64,000 nt of DNA from an uncultured Bacteroidales bacterium (GCA_963717995.1 CAVQXX010000006.1:102357-166356), one strand, 5' to 3'. Counted from the first letter of the stretch, positions 19,001-28,052 are shown. Notes: generated from the sequence alone by a model not told the origin. Numbers and translations: made by a program.

Positions 19001-19786
19001 TTAAAATCTGAATCCAATATTAAACATATAGCGGTAACCCAATGTATTGGTACGAAAAGAACCTTTCTTTTTAAAACTTCCACCATCGATCACCAGGTCA
19101 GAACCCGGAAATTTATTATTGAGGGCATCATTGATTGTTTCAAAAAGCAAAGATTCATCTTCCGGTGAAAGGGTAGTTGTCAAATTCGCCTCGAGATTGA
19201 AGAACCACATACTGGGTCCCACCAGGATAAGATCCAGGGATACCCGTTTCCAGAAAATAAACTGGTAACCCAACTGAAATCCTATCGAATGCATATTCAT
19301 TTCAAGTTTCGTAGTGGCCTCGCCAACGAAGCTGGATGTATTCAATTCCCAGCTATTCGTACGCTGGAAATAATTGTAGGAATAAAAGGGGCCAATATAC
19401 ACTCCACGGGGGGCCTTATGAAGGTTTTCCTTCATGAGGTAAAAACGATAGTCAAAAGACATATTTAAGCCCTTGTCCTTATAATTTCTGTCAAGTCTAA
19501 GAGAATCGATATCCAAAGGGGAAAATTTCGGGAAGGCAAACCTGCCGAATCCAACTGAAAACGTTTGATAGTCATTTACAACACGCTCATAACCAATCAC
19601 ATTGAACTTTTCTCCAAAAATCAGGGGATTGGTTATGTTGATACGGATTGAATTTTTGAAATTTTTAGAGACCTTAACGGAATCCTTTTCCTGGCTATAA
19701 CCGGGATGTGTTATAATTCCGGAGTAAATTATAAACAGGATGGATATTCTGGTTAATTTCAAGGCAACCGGTTTGTTTTTCATCAT
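19001..19786 (-). CDS. uncharacterised secreted/OM protein, tandem paralog A
   Basis: Start moved to the ATG at 19786 (MMKNKPVALKLTRISILFIIYSG...) because the TTG at 19804 lies inside the predicted -7 box. Shares blocks with 18212-18967 and ends GYRYMFNIGFRF. Confidence 0.6.
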   Translation of the reverse strand: MMKNKPVALKLTRISILFIIYSGIITHPGYSQEKDSVKVSKNFKNSIRINITNPLIFGEKFNVIGYERVVNDYQTFSVGFGRFAFPKFSPLDIDSLRLDRNYKDKGLNMSFDYRFYLMKENLHKAPRGVYIGPFYSYNYFQRTNSWELNTSSFVGEATTKLEMNMHSIGFQLGYQFIFWKRVSLDLILVGPSMWFFNLEANLTTTLSPEDESLLFETINDALNNKFPGSDLVIDGGSFKKKGSFRTNTLGYRYMFNIGFRF

Positions 19787-19801
19787 GAATGGATAGTTAG
19801 T

Positions 19802-19848
19802 CAAATGTACTGCCTAAATAGGAGGAGATAAATAGAACCTTAGTGCTA
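19802..19848 (-). promoter_or_regulatory. operator-promoter copy 2: 7-2-7 palindrome, 23-nt spacer, TAnnTTTG -7 box
   Basis: Minus-strand read: TAGCACTAAGGTTCTA (19848-19833), 23 nt, TACATTTG (19809-19802). The ATG at 19786 follows 16 nt later. Confidence 0.6.
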
Positions 19849-20019
19849 GTAACTTCGGATTAGTAGAGAAAATTATTCGTAAAATTAAATGATAATTATT
19901 AAAAAATATTGAATATCAGCCAGATAAAATTTCATCCTATATCAAAAGTATCAAATTCAATTGTTTTTTCAAAAGGGATTCGCTATTTTCCCCTAAGTAT
20001 TACCAATAATGGGACTTCC

Positions 20020-21693
20020 ATGAAAATTATCTGTAAATTCCCGGGGAGACACGGATTTTTGTCCGCCTTGTTTTCATTTTTTTCACTCTATTGCTGTTTC
20101 CCTTTTATCGCATATGCCCAAAGCAATAGTGATGTAGATCCGGATCTGCAGGAAGTGCAAAAAATGATCGCTCCGGTAAAGTTTGACGGGGAGATTTTAT
20201 TCATGGTCCGTGGCACTACCTCATTTCCCGCAGCTCAACGGGCACAAAGCATTAAGAGAAGGCTCAGGAAGGCGGGGGATAACCCTGCCCTAACAGTGGA
20301 TTCCATTAAGATAATCCCGGAGGGCGAACATTTGCAGGTTTATGTCGGTCGGGAATTCATAATGAATATCTATGAAGGGGATGCAGAGGTAGAGAATCTC
20401 AATATGGTTACTTTTTCCGAACTGGTTAAAAGAAAGATCGGAACAGCCCTGACATTATACCGGTATGCGCGAAGCAAGCCGATCCTGATCAGGAAATCCA
20501 TCCAGGCCCTGGCAGCCATGGCGCTACTGACCCTGATCCTTTTCCTGTTTTTCTGGCTTTTCAGGAAACTGAATGCATTTCTGAAAACCAGGATTGAAGC
20601 AAAAATCAACTCTGTGGAAGATAAATCATTCAAACTGATTCAGTCCACGCAGATATGGAAAGCATTTCACGTGTTATTTAAAACCCTCAGAATTATTATT
20701 GCCATTATCCTGATATCCGTATTCATTAATTATGTTTTAAGTATTTTCCCCTGGACGAATAATGCTGCAACCTTTATCCTGAAATTATTCCTGGATCCAG
20801 TTGCGGCTATTGGCTCCGGAATCTATCATTTCCTGCCCAGCCTGGCTTTCCTCATCGTTATTTTCCTCGCGACAAGGTATTTGCTGAAACTGATCAGGTT
20901 GCTTTTTACCGGTTTATCCCAGGGTGGGATTGTGATCAAGGACTTCGATCCTGACTGGGCCATGCCCACATTTAAAATTTTGCGTATCCTGATTGTCGCT
21001 TTTGCGGTGATTATTGCCTATCCTTACATTCCCGGTTCCGATTCGAGCGCTTTCAAGGGAGTGTCTGTATTTATGGGTCTTTTGTTATCCCTGGGATCTT
21101 CCTCTTTTATTTCCAATGTTATTGCCGGATATTCATTAACCTATCGCCGGGCATTCAAAAAGGGTGACCGGATAGAGGTAAATGAAAAGGTCGGGTTTGT
21201 AGAAGAGCAAAAATTGCTGGTTACCCGGTTGCGCTCAATTAAAAATGAAGAAATCATTGTTCCCAATTCAATGTTGATCAACAGCAGCATTATTAACTAC
21301 AGTATCGGAGCCCGGGGTAAAGGGATCATACTGCATACTGTTGTTGGCATAGGGTATGAGACACCGTGGAGACAGGTGGATGCTATGCTCAGGCTGGCAG
21401 CCGACCGTACCGATGGCATACTGAAGAATCCCCCGCCCTTTGTACTCAAACTGTCCTTGGGAGATTTTGCGGTAAATTATGAAATTAATGCGTTTTGTGC
21501 CGACGTGGACCGGATGCATCTTATTTACAATGCCTTGCACCAGAACATCCTGGATATATTTAATGAAAACAATGTACAGATAATGACTCCTGCATACGAA
21601 GGGGATCCTGCGGAGCCCAAGGTTGTTCCAGAGGAACAGTGGAATGCTCCTGTGAAAAGTAGTGAAAAGAAAGTGATGAGTGATGAGCAATGA
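20020..21693 (+). CDS. mechanosensitive ion channel (MscS family) protein
   Basis: ATG at 20020 gives a signal/TM N-terminus. Several TM helices, then the MscS beta-domain FKKGDRIEVNEKVGFVEEQKLLVTRLRSIKNEEIIVPNSMLINSSIINYS. Confidence 0.85.
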   Translation: MKIICKFPGRHGFLSALFSFFSLYCCFPFIAYAQSNSDVDPDLQEVQKMIAPVKFDGEILFMVRGTTSFPAAQRAQSIKRRLRKAGDNPALTVDSIKIIPEGEHLQVYVGREFIMNIYEGDAEVENLNMVTFSELVKRKIGTALTLYRYARSKPILIRKSIQALAAMALLTLILFLFFWLFRKLNAFLKTRIEAKINSVEDKSFKLIQSTQIWKAFHVLFKTLRIIIAIILISVFINYVLSIFPWTNNAATFILKLFLDPVAAIGSGIYHFLPSLAFLIVIFLATRYLLKLIRLLFTGLSQGGIVIKDFDPDWAMPTFKILRILIVAFAVIIAYPYIPGSDSSAFKGVSVFMGLLLSLGSSSFISNVIAGYSLTYRRAFKKGDRIEVNEKVGFVEEQKLLVTRLRSIKNEEIIVPNSMLINSSIINYSIGARGKGIILHTVVGIGYETPWRQVDAMLRLAADRTDGILKNPPPFVLKLSLGDFAVNYEINAFCADVDRMHLIYNALHQNILDIFNENNVQIMTPAYEGDPAEPKVVPEEQWNAPVKSSEKKVMSDEQ

Positions 21694-21764
21694 GAGATGA
21701 GAGATGAAACCATCGAAAGTTTGCTTATTTTTGTTTGATTGAAGAATTTACTGAATTGCCGTAA

Positions 21765-22850
21765 ATGTCGAGATTTAAACAATATACATATCCTGCCGTT
21801 TTTGTTTTTCTTTTCACGTTTGCTTTAACATGCTCTGCAGAAAGTAAAGTCCGCACGGTTGTCATGTTTTTCTCCTGGAATGTCTCATTACCTGCATTCC
21901 ATAATCCTGAAGCCGTTTCAATCCTGGCAAAATATTGCGGTGCGCCGGTCATTCATTTTGGGGAAATTAAACCAATTAACTCAACCTTCTACCAGCCCTC
22001 ATTTATTAATCTTTATAAAGGGTTTATGGTTGCTGTTTCTATTTTGTTGATTTCTCAAACCTTGTTAATCATGTACCTCGTAAAATTAAACAGTCGGCAG
22101 AAAAAAATTGCCAGGCAGAAAGAGGAGACTGAGCGCATTTACAGAGAGGTAGTGCGCGAGGACAGGTTACTCAAAATGTTTGAATTAACGGCATCCCTTT
22201 CCCATGAGCTTAACCAGCCTCTTACGGCCATATTATATAATGCCCAGGCAGGTAAACGTTTTCTGCAATCCGGTAAGGTGGATATAAAACAGACAGAAGA
22301 AATATTCGATTACATTATTGAAGATGACAAACGGGCCGGTGGAATCATAAGCAGTGTCAGAAGCCTGATGAAACTCGAGGACAGGGAAAAGGAAAATGTA
22401 AGCCTTCGGGTGTTGGTACAGGAGACGCTTGACATATTTCATTCCGAGGCAATCAGGAACAATGTTAGGGTTGAAACGAGCTGTTGTCCCGATCCGGTAT
22501 GGGTTTACGGTGACAAGATACAGCTTCAGCAGGTTTTGCTGAATTTTATGCGGAATGCGATAAATGCCATGGATGGTATACGGCCAGGCAACCGTTTAAT
22601 GGTTGTTATTTTGAGCGCGGACAAAGGTTCGGCAACAATTTCCGTTCATGATTCCGGACCGGGAATCGCCCCGGAAATCAAGGACCGGCTGTTTAAACCT
22701 TTTGTAACGAATAATAAAAAAGGTTTCGGAATCGGCCTGGCACTCAGCCGTTCCATCATTGAGAAACACAATGGTGAGATCTGGGCTTTAAATCTTCCGG
22801 GTGGCGGGGCACAATTTTCATTCAGGTTAAAAATTGCGAAGGATGCCTAA
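21765..22850 (+). CDS. sensor histidine kinase (FixL/DctB-like HisKA plus HATPase_c) with short extracytoplasmic loop
   Basis: H-box SLSHELNQPLTAILYNAQA, N-box LLNFMRNAINAM, G-boxes VHDSGPGI and GFGIGLALSRSI. Two TM segments flank a loop of about 70 aa. Confidence 0.9.
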   Translation: MSRFKQYTYPAVFVFLFTFALTCSAESKVRTVVMFFSWNVSLPAFHNPEAVSILAKYCGAPVIHFGEIKPINSTFYQPSFINLYKGFMVAVSILLISQTLLIMYLVKLNSRQKKIARQKEETERIYREVVREDRLLKMFELTASLSHELNQPLTAILYNAQAGKRFLQSGKVDIKQTEEIFDYIIEDDKRAGGIISSVRSLMKLEDREKENVSLRVLVQETLDIFHSEAIRNNVRVETSCCPDPVWVYGDKIQLQQVLLNFMRNAINAMDGIRPGNRLMVVILSADKGSATISVHDSGPGIAPEIKDRLFKPFVTNNKKGFGIGLALSRSIIEKHNGEIWALNLPGGGAQFSFRLKIAKDA

Positions 22851-23475
22851 TGATTCAGAAACCATATTTGTAATAGATGATGATAGATCCGTAAGAAGAT
22901 CAGTTTCCCTGTTTCTTTCGGCCACCGGATACCAGGTTGAATCATTTGAGAGCGCCGAAGAGTATCTCGAGAGAGAACCATTTACCAGTGCGGGTTGTCT
23001 GATTCTGGATGTGAATCTTGCAGGAAAATCCGGCCTGGAACTGCAAAAAAAGATGGTCATCCTGGAATCTCATCTCCCCATCGTATTTATCACTGGAAGA
23101 GGTAATATTCCCATGAGTGTGGATGCTCTCCGAAACGGGGCAGTTAATTTTCTTGAGAAGCCTTTTAAAGAAGAAGTGCTGATAGAATCAATCAATGAAG
23201 CCTTATCTTTAAGTAAAAAACTACTGGCTGAAAAACAGGAATTTCATCAGGCGCAGAAGCTGATTGAGTCCCTTACGGCAAGGGAACTGGAGGTATTGAA
23301 ATATATCATTACGGGAGTGCTGAATAAACAGATTGCAGGTATGCTGGGCATTGCCGAACACACCGTGAAGCTTCACCGGCACAGCATCTGTGAGAAACTC
23401 GGGGTTAAATCGCTTCCTGAAATTATCCGTATTGCTGATAGGGCGGGAATTGTTGCTGGGGAGAAGAGGCTGTAG
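22843..23475 (+). CDS. NarL/FixJ-family response regulator (REC plus LuxR-type HTH)
   Basis: REC domain (IFVIDDD...CLILDVNLAGKSGLEL...VFITGRGNIPMSVDALRNGAVNFLEKP) plus a GerE/LuxR HTH (LTARELEVLKYIITGVLNKQIAGMLGIAEHTVKLHRHSICEKLG). The ATG overlaps the kinase stop by 8 nt. Confidence 0.9.
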   Translation: MPNDSETIFVIDDDRSVRRSVSLFLSATGYQVESFESAEEYLEREPFTSAGCLILDVNLAGKSGLELQKKMVILESHLPIVFITGRGNIPMSVDALRNGAVNFLEKPFKEEVLIESINEALSLSKKLLAEKQEFHQAQKLIESLTARELEVLKYIITGVLNKQIAGMLGIAEHTVKLHRHSICEKLGVKSLPEIIRIADRAGIVAGEKRL

Positions 23476-23588
23476 TTATCCCACGCTGGCGGGGGCAAGG
23501 GGTGGACTGACGTAATCCTCCCCCTGCACCCTCCGAAGGGGGACATCATCACGGGAATATAACCTCAGCGCCGCAGAACTTCTTGTTC

Positions 23589-23635
23589 TAGCACCAAAGT
23601 ACTATAGATTTGTTTTTTATTATGCCGTAAGTTTG
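23589..23635 (+). promoter_or_regulatory. operator-promoter copy 3: 7-2-7 palindrome, 23-nt spacer, TAnnTTTG -7 box
   Basis: TAGCACCAAAGTACTA (23589-23604), 23 nt, TAAGTTTG (23628-23635). It lies upstream of the orphan receiver gene. Confidence 0.6.
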
Positions 23636-23681
23636 ATCAGGTAAATTGATAATACCCTCAATTTTTGCTAATCCAGGTTTC

Positions 23682-24035
23682 ATGGTTTATTTAATTGATG
23701 ATGACGAATCGGTAAGAAGGGGCTTCAGGCTTTTTCTGAATTCTGCCGGAATCGATCATCAGGCATTTCAAAATGCAGATGAATTTTTAAAAGTATTTAA
23801 ACCCAGGGAAAGGGATTTGCTGGTTCTTGATCTGAATCTTCCGGGAACCAATGGAATCGATTTGTTAAGGACCATTGAAAGTCTTGGTATTCATATATCG
23901 GTTATTGTTGTCACCGCCCATGATGAACCGAAAAGCCGGGAGTTTTGCAAGCATTATGGAGTAAAGGCTTACATGAGGAAGCCGGCAGATGCGGAAGCCC
24001 TCCTGGATATTATCCAGTATGATATGGCCAAATAA
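23682..24035 (+). CDS. single-domain (CheY-like) response regulator receiver
   Basis: MVYLIDDDESVRRG...DLLVLDLNLPGTNGIDLL...VIVVTAHDEPKSREFCKHYGVKAYMRKP, with no output domain. Confidence 0.85.
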   Translation: MVYLIDDDESVRRGFRLFLNSAGIDHQAFQNADEFLKVFKPRERDLLVLDLNLPGTNGIDLLRTIESLGIHISVIVVTAHDEPKSREFCKHYGVKAYMRKPADAEALLDIIQYDMAK

Positions 24036-24077
24036 AGGGTATTTCTGGTGATGGATTGAATAAATCTCCAGTTAAAC

Positions 24078-24293
24078 ATGAAACAAATCAGTATACTGTT
24101 GGAGCAATCGGGCAGTTTTACTTCCCTGATGCTTGAATTTGCATTTGTAATTTGCATTTGTGTCGGTTTTGTTGCCACAGTTGTTCTCCTGCTTCAGTTA
24201 AAAAAGCGGACCTTTACTCACATACACAGAAGAATGAAACTGACTTTTGGGGGATGGCTTGCGCTTGCCCTTGAATTTCAGCTGTCATCTTAG
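24078..24293 (+). CDS. possible small membrane protein (weak)
   Basis: 71-aa ORF with one hydrophobic stretch (FAFVICICVGFVATVVLLLQL). No recognisable family, so it may be non-coding. Confidence 0.2.
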   Translation: MKQISILLEQSGSFTSLMLEFAFVICICVGFVATVVLLLQLKKRTFTHIHRRMKLTFGGWLALALEFQLSS

Positions 24294-24373
24294 ATATGGA
24301 AATGGTAAAAAGTTCTCCTGAAGATAAAACACTGATCAAACAATCCTGATAAAATACCCGAAAAGCATGCAAT

Positions 24374-24772
24374 ATGAGTGAGGAAAAAGACAATCAGGTT
24401 CAGCCTGTGGACAAAAACACGGAACTGGCAAAAGAAAGGACACATGATGCGTTCGAAAGGACGCTGATGGCCTGGATCAGAACCGGCTTGTCGCTAATAG
24501 GTTTTGGCGTTGGCATTATTGAGTTTACTGAAAGAACAGGCGGAGAATCAATATTGAGAAGTTCAAAGGTTGTAGGCCTCCTTTTCATCATCCTGGGTAT
24601 TGCTTCTGTTATACTTGCTATAAAAGACAATAAAATTAACCATGAACGGCTTCTCAGAAATGAAATCCTTTATAACAGGAAATCTTCCCTTGGGATCATG
24701 GTTGGATATGCCCTAATTATCATTGGCATCATTGCCATTATTCATGTAATTTATAATTTCTTTGAAATATGA
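24374..24772 (+). CDS. DUF202 (YidH-like) membrane protein
   Basis: LAKERTHDAFERTLMAWIRTGLSLIGFGVGI is the DUF202 signature; three TM helices. The stop overlaps the next start (ATGA at 24769-24772). Confidence 0.75.
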   Translation: MSEEKDNQVQPVDKNTELAKERTHDAFERTLMAWIRTGLSLIGFGVGIIEFTERTGGESILRSSKVVGLLFIILGIASVILAIKDNKINHERLLRNEILYNRKSSLGIMVGYALIIIGIIAIIHVIYNFFEI

Positions 24773-25626
24773 GCATAAATTTGGAATACGCAGGCAGAGA
24801 TCTGCAGGGAAAATCATTTAAAGGCGCCGATCTGAAATATGCTAATTTTAGCGGTGCTGATCTGCGGAGTGCCGATTTTACAGGTGCCGATCTGACGGGA
24901 GCGGATTTTTCAAAATCCGTAACAGGCATGAAATTATCTTACAAGATCCTGATCTTTATTGGGGCCCTTGTTATTTCCCTATTTTCAGGATATCTTGCCA
25001 TGATGCTTGGGACAACAGTGCAGGGAATGATCAAATCGACAGACTGGCATGAACATTATGCAGGTCTTATTGCCTCGGGTTTCATTGTGATTTTTACAGG
25101 TTTCTCCATGTGGAAAGGTATTTACACGGCCACAAGGAGGGTGCTGCCCATCATGCTCGGGATTCCGTTGGTGACTGGATTATTTATGGTCCTGTCCGGA
25201 TTTGGTACCGGCAGCGGCTCTTTTTATGGATTATATGCCATATTGCTCATGGCTTGTATGTTTACGGTCGGCACTATATCCCGTGCCGCTGCCGGAACAC
25301 TTGCCTCCGGTATCCTGTTTCTCGTTGTGGCTGTGGGAGGCGGGTTATTCGGCCGAACGGTCGGCGGCGGGATTGGAACCGTGGTATTGGCTGTATCCTG
25401 TGCCATCATCAGCAAGCAGGCCCTGAAATTGGAAAATTCACGGTCAATTCTCAAAAAAATAGCCCTTACGATGGGAACCTTTTATGGTACATCCTTCAGG
25501 AAAGCCAACCTCACCCAGGCAAATTTCACTGAAGCTGTCGTGAATAACACAGATTTTTCCAAAGCCGATTTATCCGGGGTCAATTGGACCCATTCAAAAA
25601 AACTCTATACACTTGGAGAAAATTAA
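24769..25626 (+). CDS. pentapeptide-repeat membrane protein (repeat-TM-repeat layout)
   Basis: N-terminal A(D/N)LxG repeats (FKGADLKYANFSGADLRSADFTGADLTGADFSKS), about 5-6 TM helices, then C-terminal repeats (FRKANLTQANFTEAVVNNTDFSKADLSGVNW). Confidence 0.8.
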   Translation: MSINLEYAGRDLQGKSFKGADLKYANFSGADLRSADFTGADLTGADFSKSVTGMKLSYKILIFIGALVISLFSGYLAMMLGTTVQGMIKSTDWHEHYAGLIASGFIVIFTGFSMWKGIYTATRRVLPIMLGIPLVTGLFMVLSGFGTGSGSFYGLYAILLMACMFTVGTISRAAAGTLASGILFLVVAVGGGLFGRTVGGGIGTVVLAVSCAIISKQALKLENSRSILKKIALTMGTFYGTSFRKANLTQANFTEAVVNNTDFSKADLSGVNWTHSKKLYTLGEN

Positions 25627-25670
25627 CCGAAATTTGATTGAAATTTCTAATAACCTAAAACTGACGATTT

Positions 25671-27998
25671 ATGGCATCAAAGGATTTCAAGGGAGTTATG
25701 AAACTCGATGTACGCGATTCGGTACCGGACTGGACACCGTTTATTCCCGCCAGGGCTCCCAAAGACTCACCCAATATTCTGCTGGTTCTTTATGATGATA
25801 CCGGATTGGCAGCCTGGTCACCCTATGGAGGAGGCATCAATATGCCAACGCTGCAAAAACTGGCAGACAGGGGCCTGATGTATTCACAGTGGCACACTGC
25901 AGCGCTTTGTTCACCTACCCGTTCCATGCTGCTTACCGGCCGTAACCATCACCTGAACGGATGCTCCTGCATCACAGAAGGGGCAAACGGATTTCCGGGA
26001 TGGTCGGGCCGCATTCCCGACGCATGCGCAACAATTGGCCAGGTCCTGCAGGACAGCGGATGGAGTACGTTCTGGCTGGGCAAGAACCACAACGTTCCCG
26101 AACAGGATGTCAGTTCCGGGGCAAGCCGTAAAGAATGGCCGCTGCAGAAAGGATTCGATCGTTTCTACGGATTCATAGGCGGGGAAACCAATAACTGGTA
26201 CCCCGACCTGATTGAGGATAATCATTTCATTGAACAGCCCTACGCCCCGGAGGAGGGATATCATCTTTCCAAAGATCTTGCCGATAAGGCTATCGGGATG
26301 ATCCGCGATCAGAAAGCGAGCAATCCCTCCAAGCCCTGGTACATGTGGTTCAATCCTGGTGCCAACCATGCCCCGCATCATGCCCCCGAAGAATACATAA
26401 AAAAATACGCCGGCAAGTTTGATGACGGATATGAAGCTTATCGTGAATGGGTTCTTCCGCGCATGATTGAAAGGGGAGTGCTTCCGAAAGATACCCCGCT
26501 TACTCCGATCAATCCCCTGCCGGAAAATGTGGCCAACCCTGCCGATTTTGTAAGACCCTGGAATACACTTAATGCGGATGAGAAGAAATTGTTCTCGCGC
26601 CTGATGGAAGTATATGCCGGGTTCTCGGAATACACCGATGTGCAGATTGGCCGAATTATTGACTATCTCGAAAGGTCGGGTCAGCTTGATAATACGATGG
26701 TAATTTATGCAGCCGACAATGGCGCGTCCGGCGAAGGAAGCCCCAACGGATCGGTTAATGAAAACAAATTCTTTAATGGGTATCCTGATGAATTATCGGA
26801 AAACCTGAAGCTGATCGACGTGCTGGGCAGTCCGGATACCTATGAGCATTTCCCGACAGGATGGGCAGTTGCCACTTCCGCTCCTTTTAAGATGTTCAAA
26901 CGGTATTCCGAATATGCCGGTGGTACCTGCGACCCGCTGGTTATATCATGGCCTAAAGGAATTAAGGCTAAGGGTGAGGTTCGTGACCAGTATCATCATT
27001 GCAACGATATCGTGCCCACTATCCTGGATATTTGTGGACTGGAAATGCCAAAGGTATACAAGGGAGTCGAGCAATACCCGCTTTCGGGAATTTCTATGAA
27101 ATATTCCTTTGATGCTGCGAAAGCACCTACAAAGAAAAAAACGCAATATTATGCCATGCTGGGCACTCGAGCTATCTGGCAGGATGGGTGGAAGGCAGCT
27201 GCCCTGCATGCCCCGCTGACAAGCAAGGGTCATTTTGATAAAGACGAATGGGAGCTATATCATGTGGATACCGACCGTGCAGAATCAAAAAACCTGGCTG
27301 CCGAACATCCTGAAAAAGTAAAGGAACTGATCAAGGTTTGGTTCGAGGAAGCAGATAAAAACCTGGTTCTGCCGCTCGATGATCGCTCGGCGGTTGAATT
27401 GCTCGCCATTGAAAGACCTGCAGAAGAAGAACCCCGTGAGCGGTATGTTTACTACCCGGGTACTTCACCGGTTCCGGAAGGCGTGGCGGTGAACCTGCGT
27501 GGCCGCTCGTATAAAATTCTGGCTGATGTCGAGATAACGCAAACCGACTGTTCGGGCGTTATTTTTGCCCATGGTTCCCGTTTTGGGGGACATTCCTTAT
27601 TTATTAAGGACAAGAAGCTGCACTACGTTTATAATTTCCTCGGAATCAAACCGGAGCAAAAATTTGTTTCACCTGATCTGAAACCCGGAAAGCATGTCCT
27701 GGGTATGGAGTTTATCCGGGAGAGTGCCGGAAAACACCATGAATCGCTTGGCAAGACAAAACTTTATGTGAATGACAAGGTCGTTGCCGAAGGTCCAATG
27801 AAAACGCAACCAGGCAAATTCACCCTTTCGGGCGACGGGCTCTGTATTGGCTTCGACAGCGGCGATGCAGTCAGCAAGGACTATAAGACCCCCGGTGAAT
27901 TCAAGGGAGGAACCATCCTCGGGGTGGGAATCACCATTGAGAAAACCCAATACCTTGACCTTGAAAAAGAAGCGGCAGGTGCGTTTGCAAGGGATTAA
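25671..27998 (+). CDS. long (AtsA-like) Cys-type arylsulfatase, no signal peptide
   Basis: Sulfatase signature LCSPTRSMLLTGRNHH (Cys codon at 25908-25910), LVLYDDTG and ADNGAS blocks, plus an extra C-terminal domain of about 250 aa. Confidence 0.9.
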   Translation: MASKDFKGVMKLDVRDSVPDWTPFIPARAPKDSPNILLVLYDDTGLAAWSPYGGGINMPTLQKLADRGLMYSQWHTAALCSPTRSMLLTGRNHHLNGCSCITEGANGFPGWSGRIPDACATIGQVLQDSGWSTFWLGKNHNVPEQDVSSGASRKEWPLQKGFDRFYGFIGGETNNWYPDLIEDNHFIEQPYAPEEGYHLSKDLADKAIGMIRDQKASNPSKPWYMWFNPGANHAPHHAPEEYIKKYAGKFDDGYEAYREWVLPRMIERGVLPKDTPLTPINPLPENVANPADFVRPWNTLNADEKKLFSRLMEVYAGFSEYTDVQIGRIIDYLERSGQLDNTMVIYAADNGASGEGSPNGSVNENKFFNGYPDELSENLKLIDVLGSPDTYEHFPTGWAVATSAPFKMFKRYSEYAGGTCDPLVISWPKGIKAKGEVRDQYHHCNDIVPTILDICGLEMPKVYKGVEQYPLSGISMKYSFDAAKAPTKKKTQYYAMLGTRAIWQDGWKAAALHAPLTSKGHFDKDEWELYHVDTDRAESKNLAAEHPEKVKELIKVWFEEADKNLVLPLDDRSAVELLAIERPAEEEPRERYVYYPGTSPVPEGVAVNLRGRSYKILADVEITQTDCSGVIFAHGSRFGGHSLFIKDKKLHYVYNFLGIKPEQKFVSPDLKPGKHVLGMEFIRESAGKHHESLGKTKLYVNDKVVAEGPMKTQPGKFTLSGDGLCIGFDSGDAVSKDYKTPGEFKGGTILGVGITIEKTQYLDLEKEAAGAFARD

Positions 27999-28052
27999 TT
28001 TATCCGGCTGCAGTATACGGAATGTAGAATCAGGAAGGAAAAAAGCGTGAGC

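Noticed and set aside
21676-21712. The GATGAG stutter (gtgatgagtgatgagcaatgagagatgagagatga) at the 3' end of the MscS gene.
   Set aside because: It is short and partly coding (…KVMSDEQ*). There are no further copies and no structure, so it is probably slippage noise.
23485-23545. GC-rich island with G5 / C5 / G5 runs able to form alternative hairpins (TCCCCC-N13-GGGGGA), considered as an attenuator or riboswitch.
   Set aside because: There is no U-tract, no leader peptide and no recognisable riboswitch core. It most likely acts as a weak terminator or insulator after the regulator gene. I could not support more than that.
24738-24929. 63-aa antisense ORF with SAPV(R/K)SA repeats.
   Set aside because: It is the mirror image of the 15-nt periodic pentapeptide-repeat coding DNA of the plus-strand gene, so it is a frame artifact.
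25110-25532. Alternative-frame ORFs (140, 74 and 76 aa) inside the pentapeptide/TM gene.
   Set aside because: They are Arg/Pro-rich and low-complexity, typical of off-frame reading of Gly/Ala/Leu-rich membrane coding sequence. The main frame has clear domain logic.
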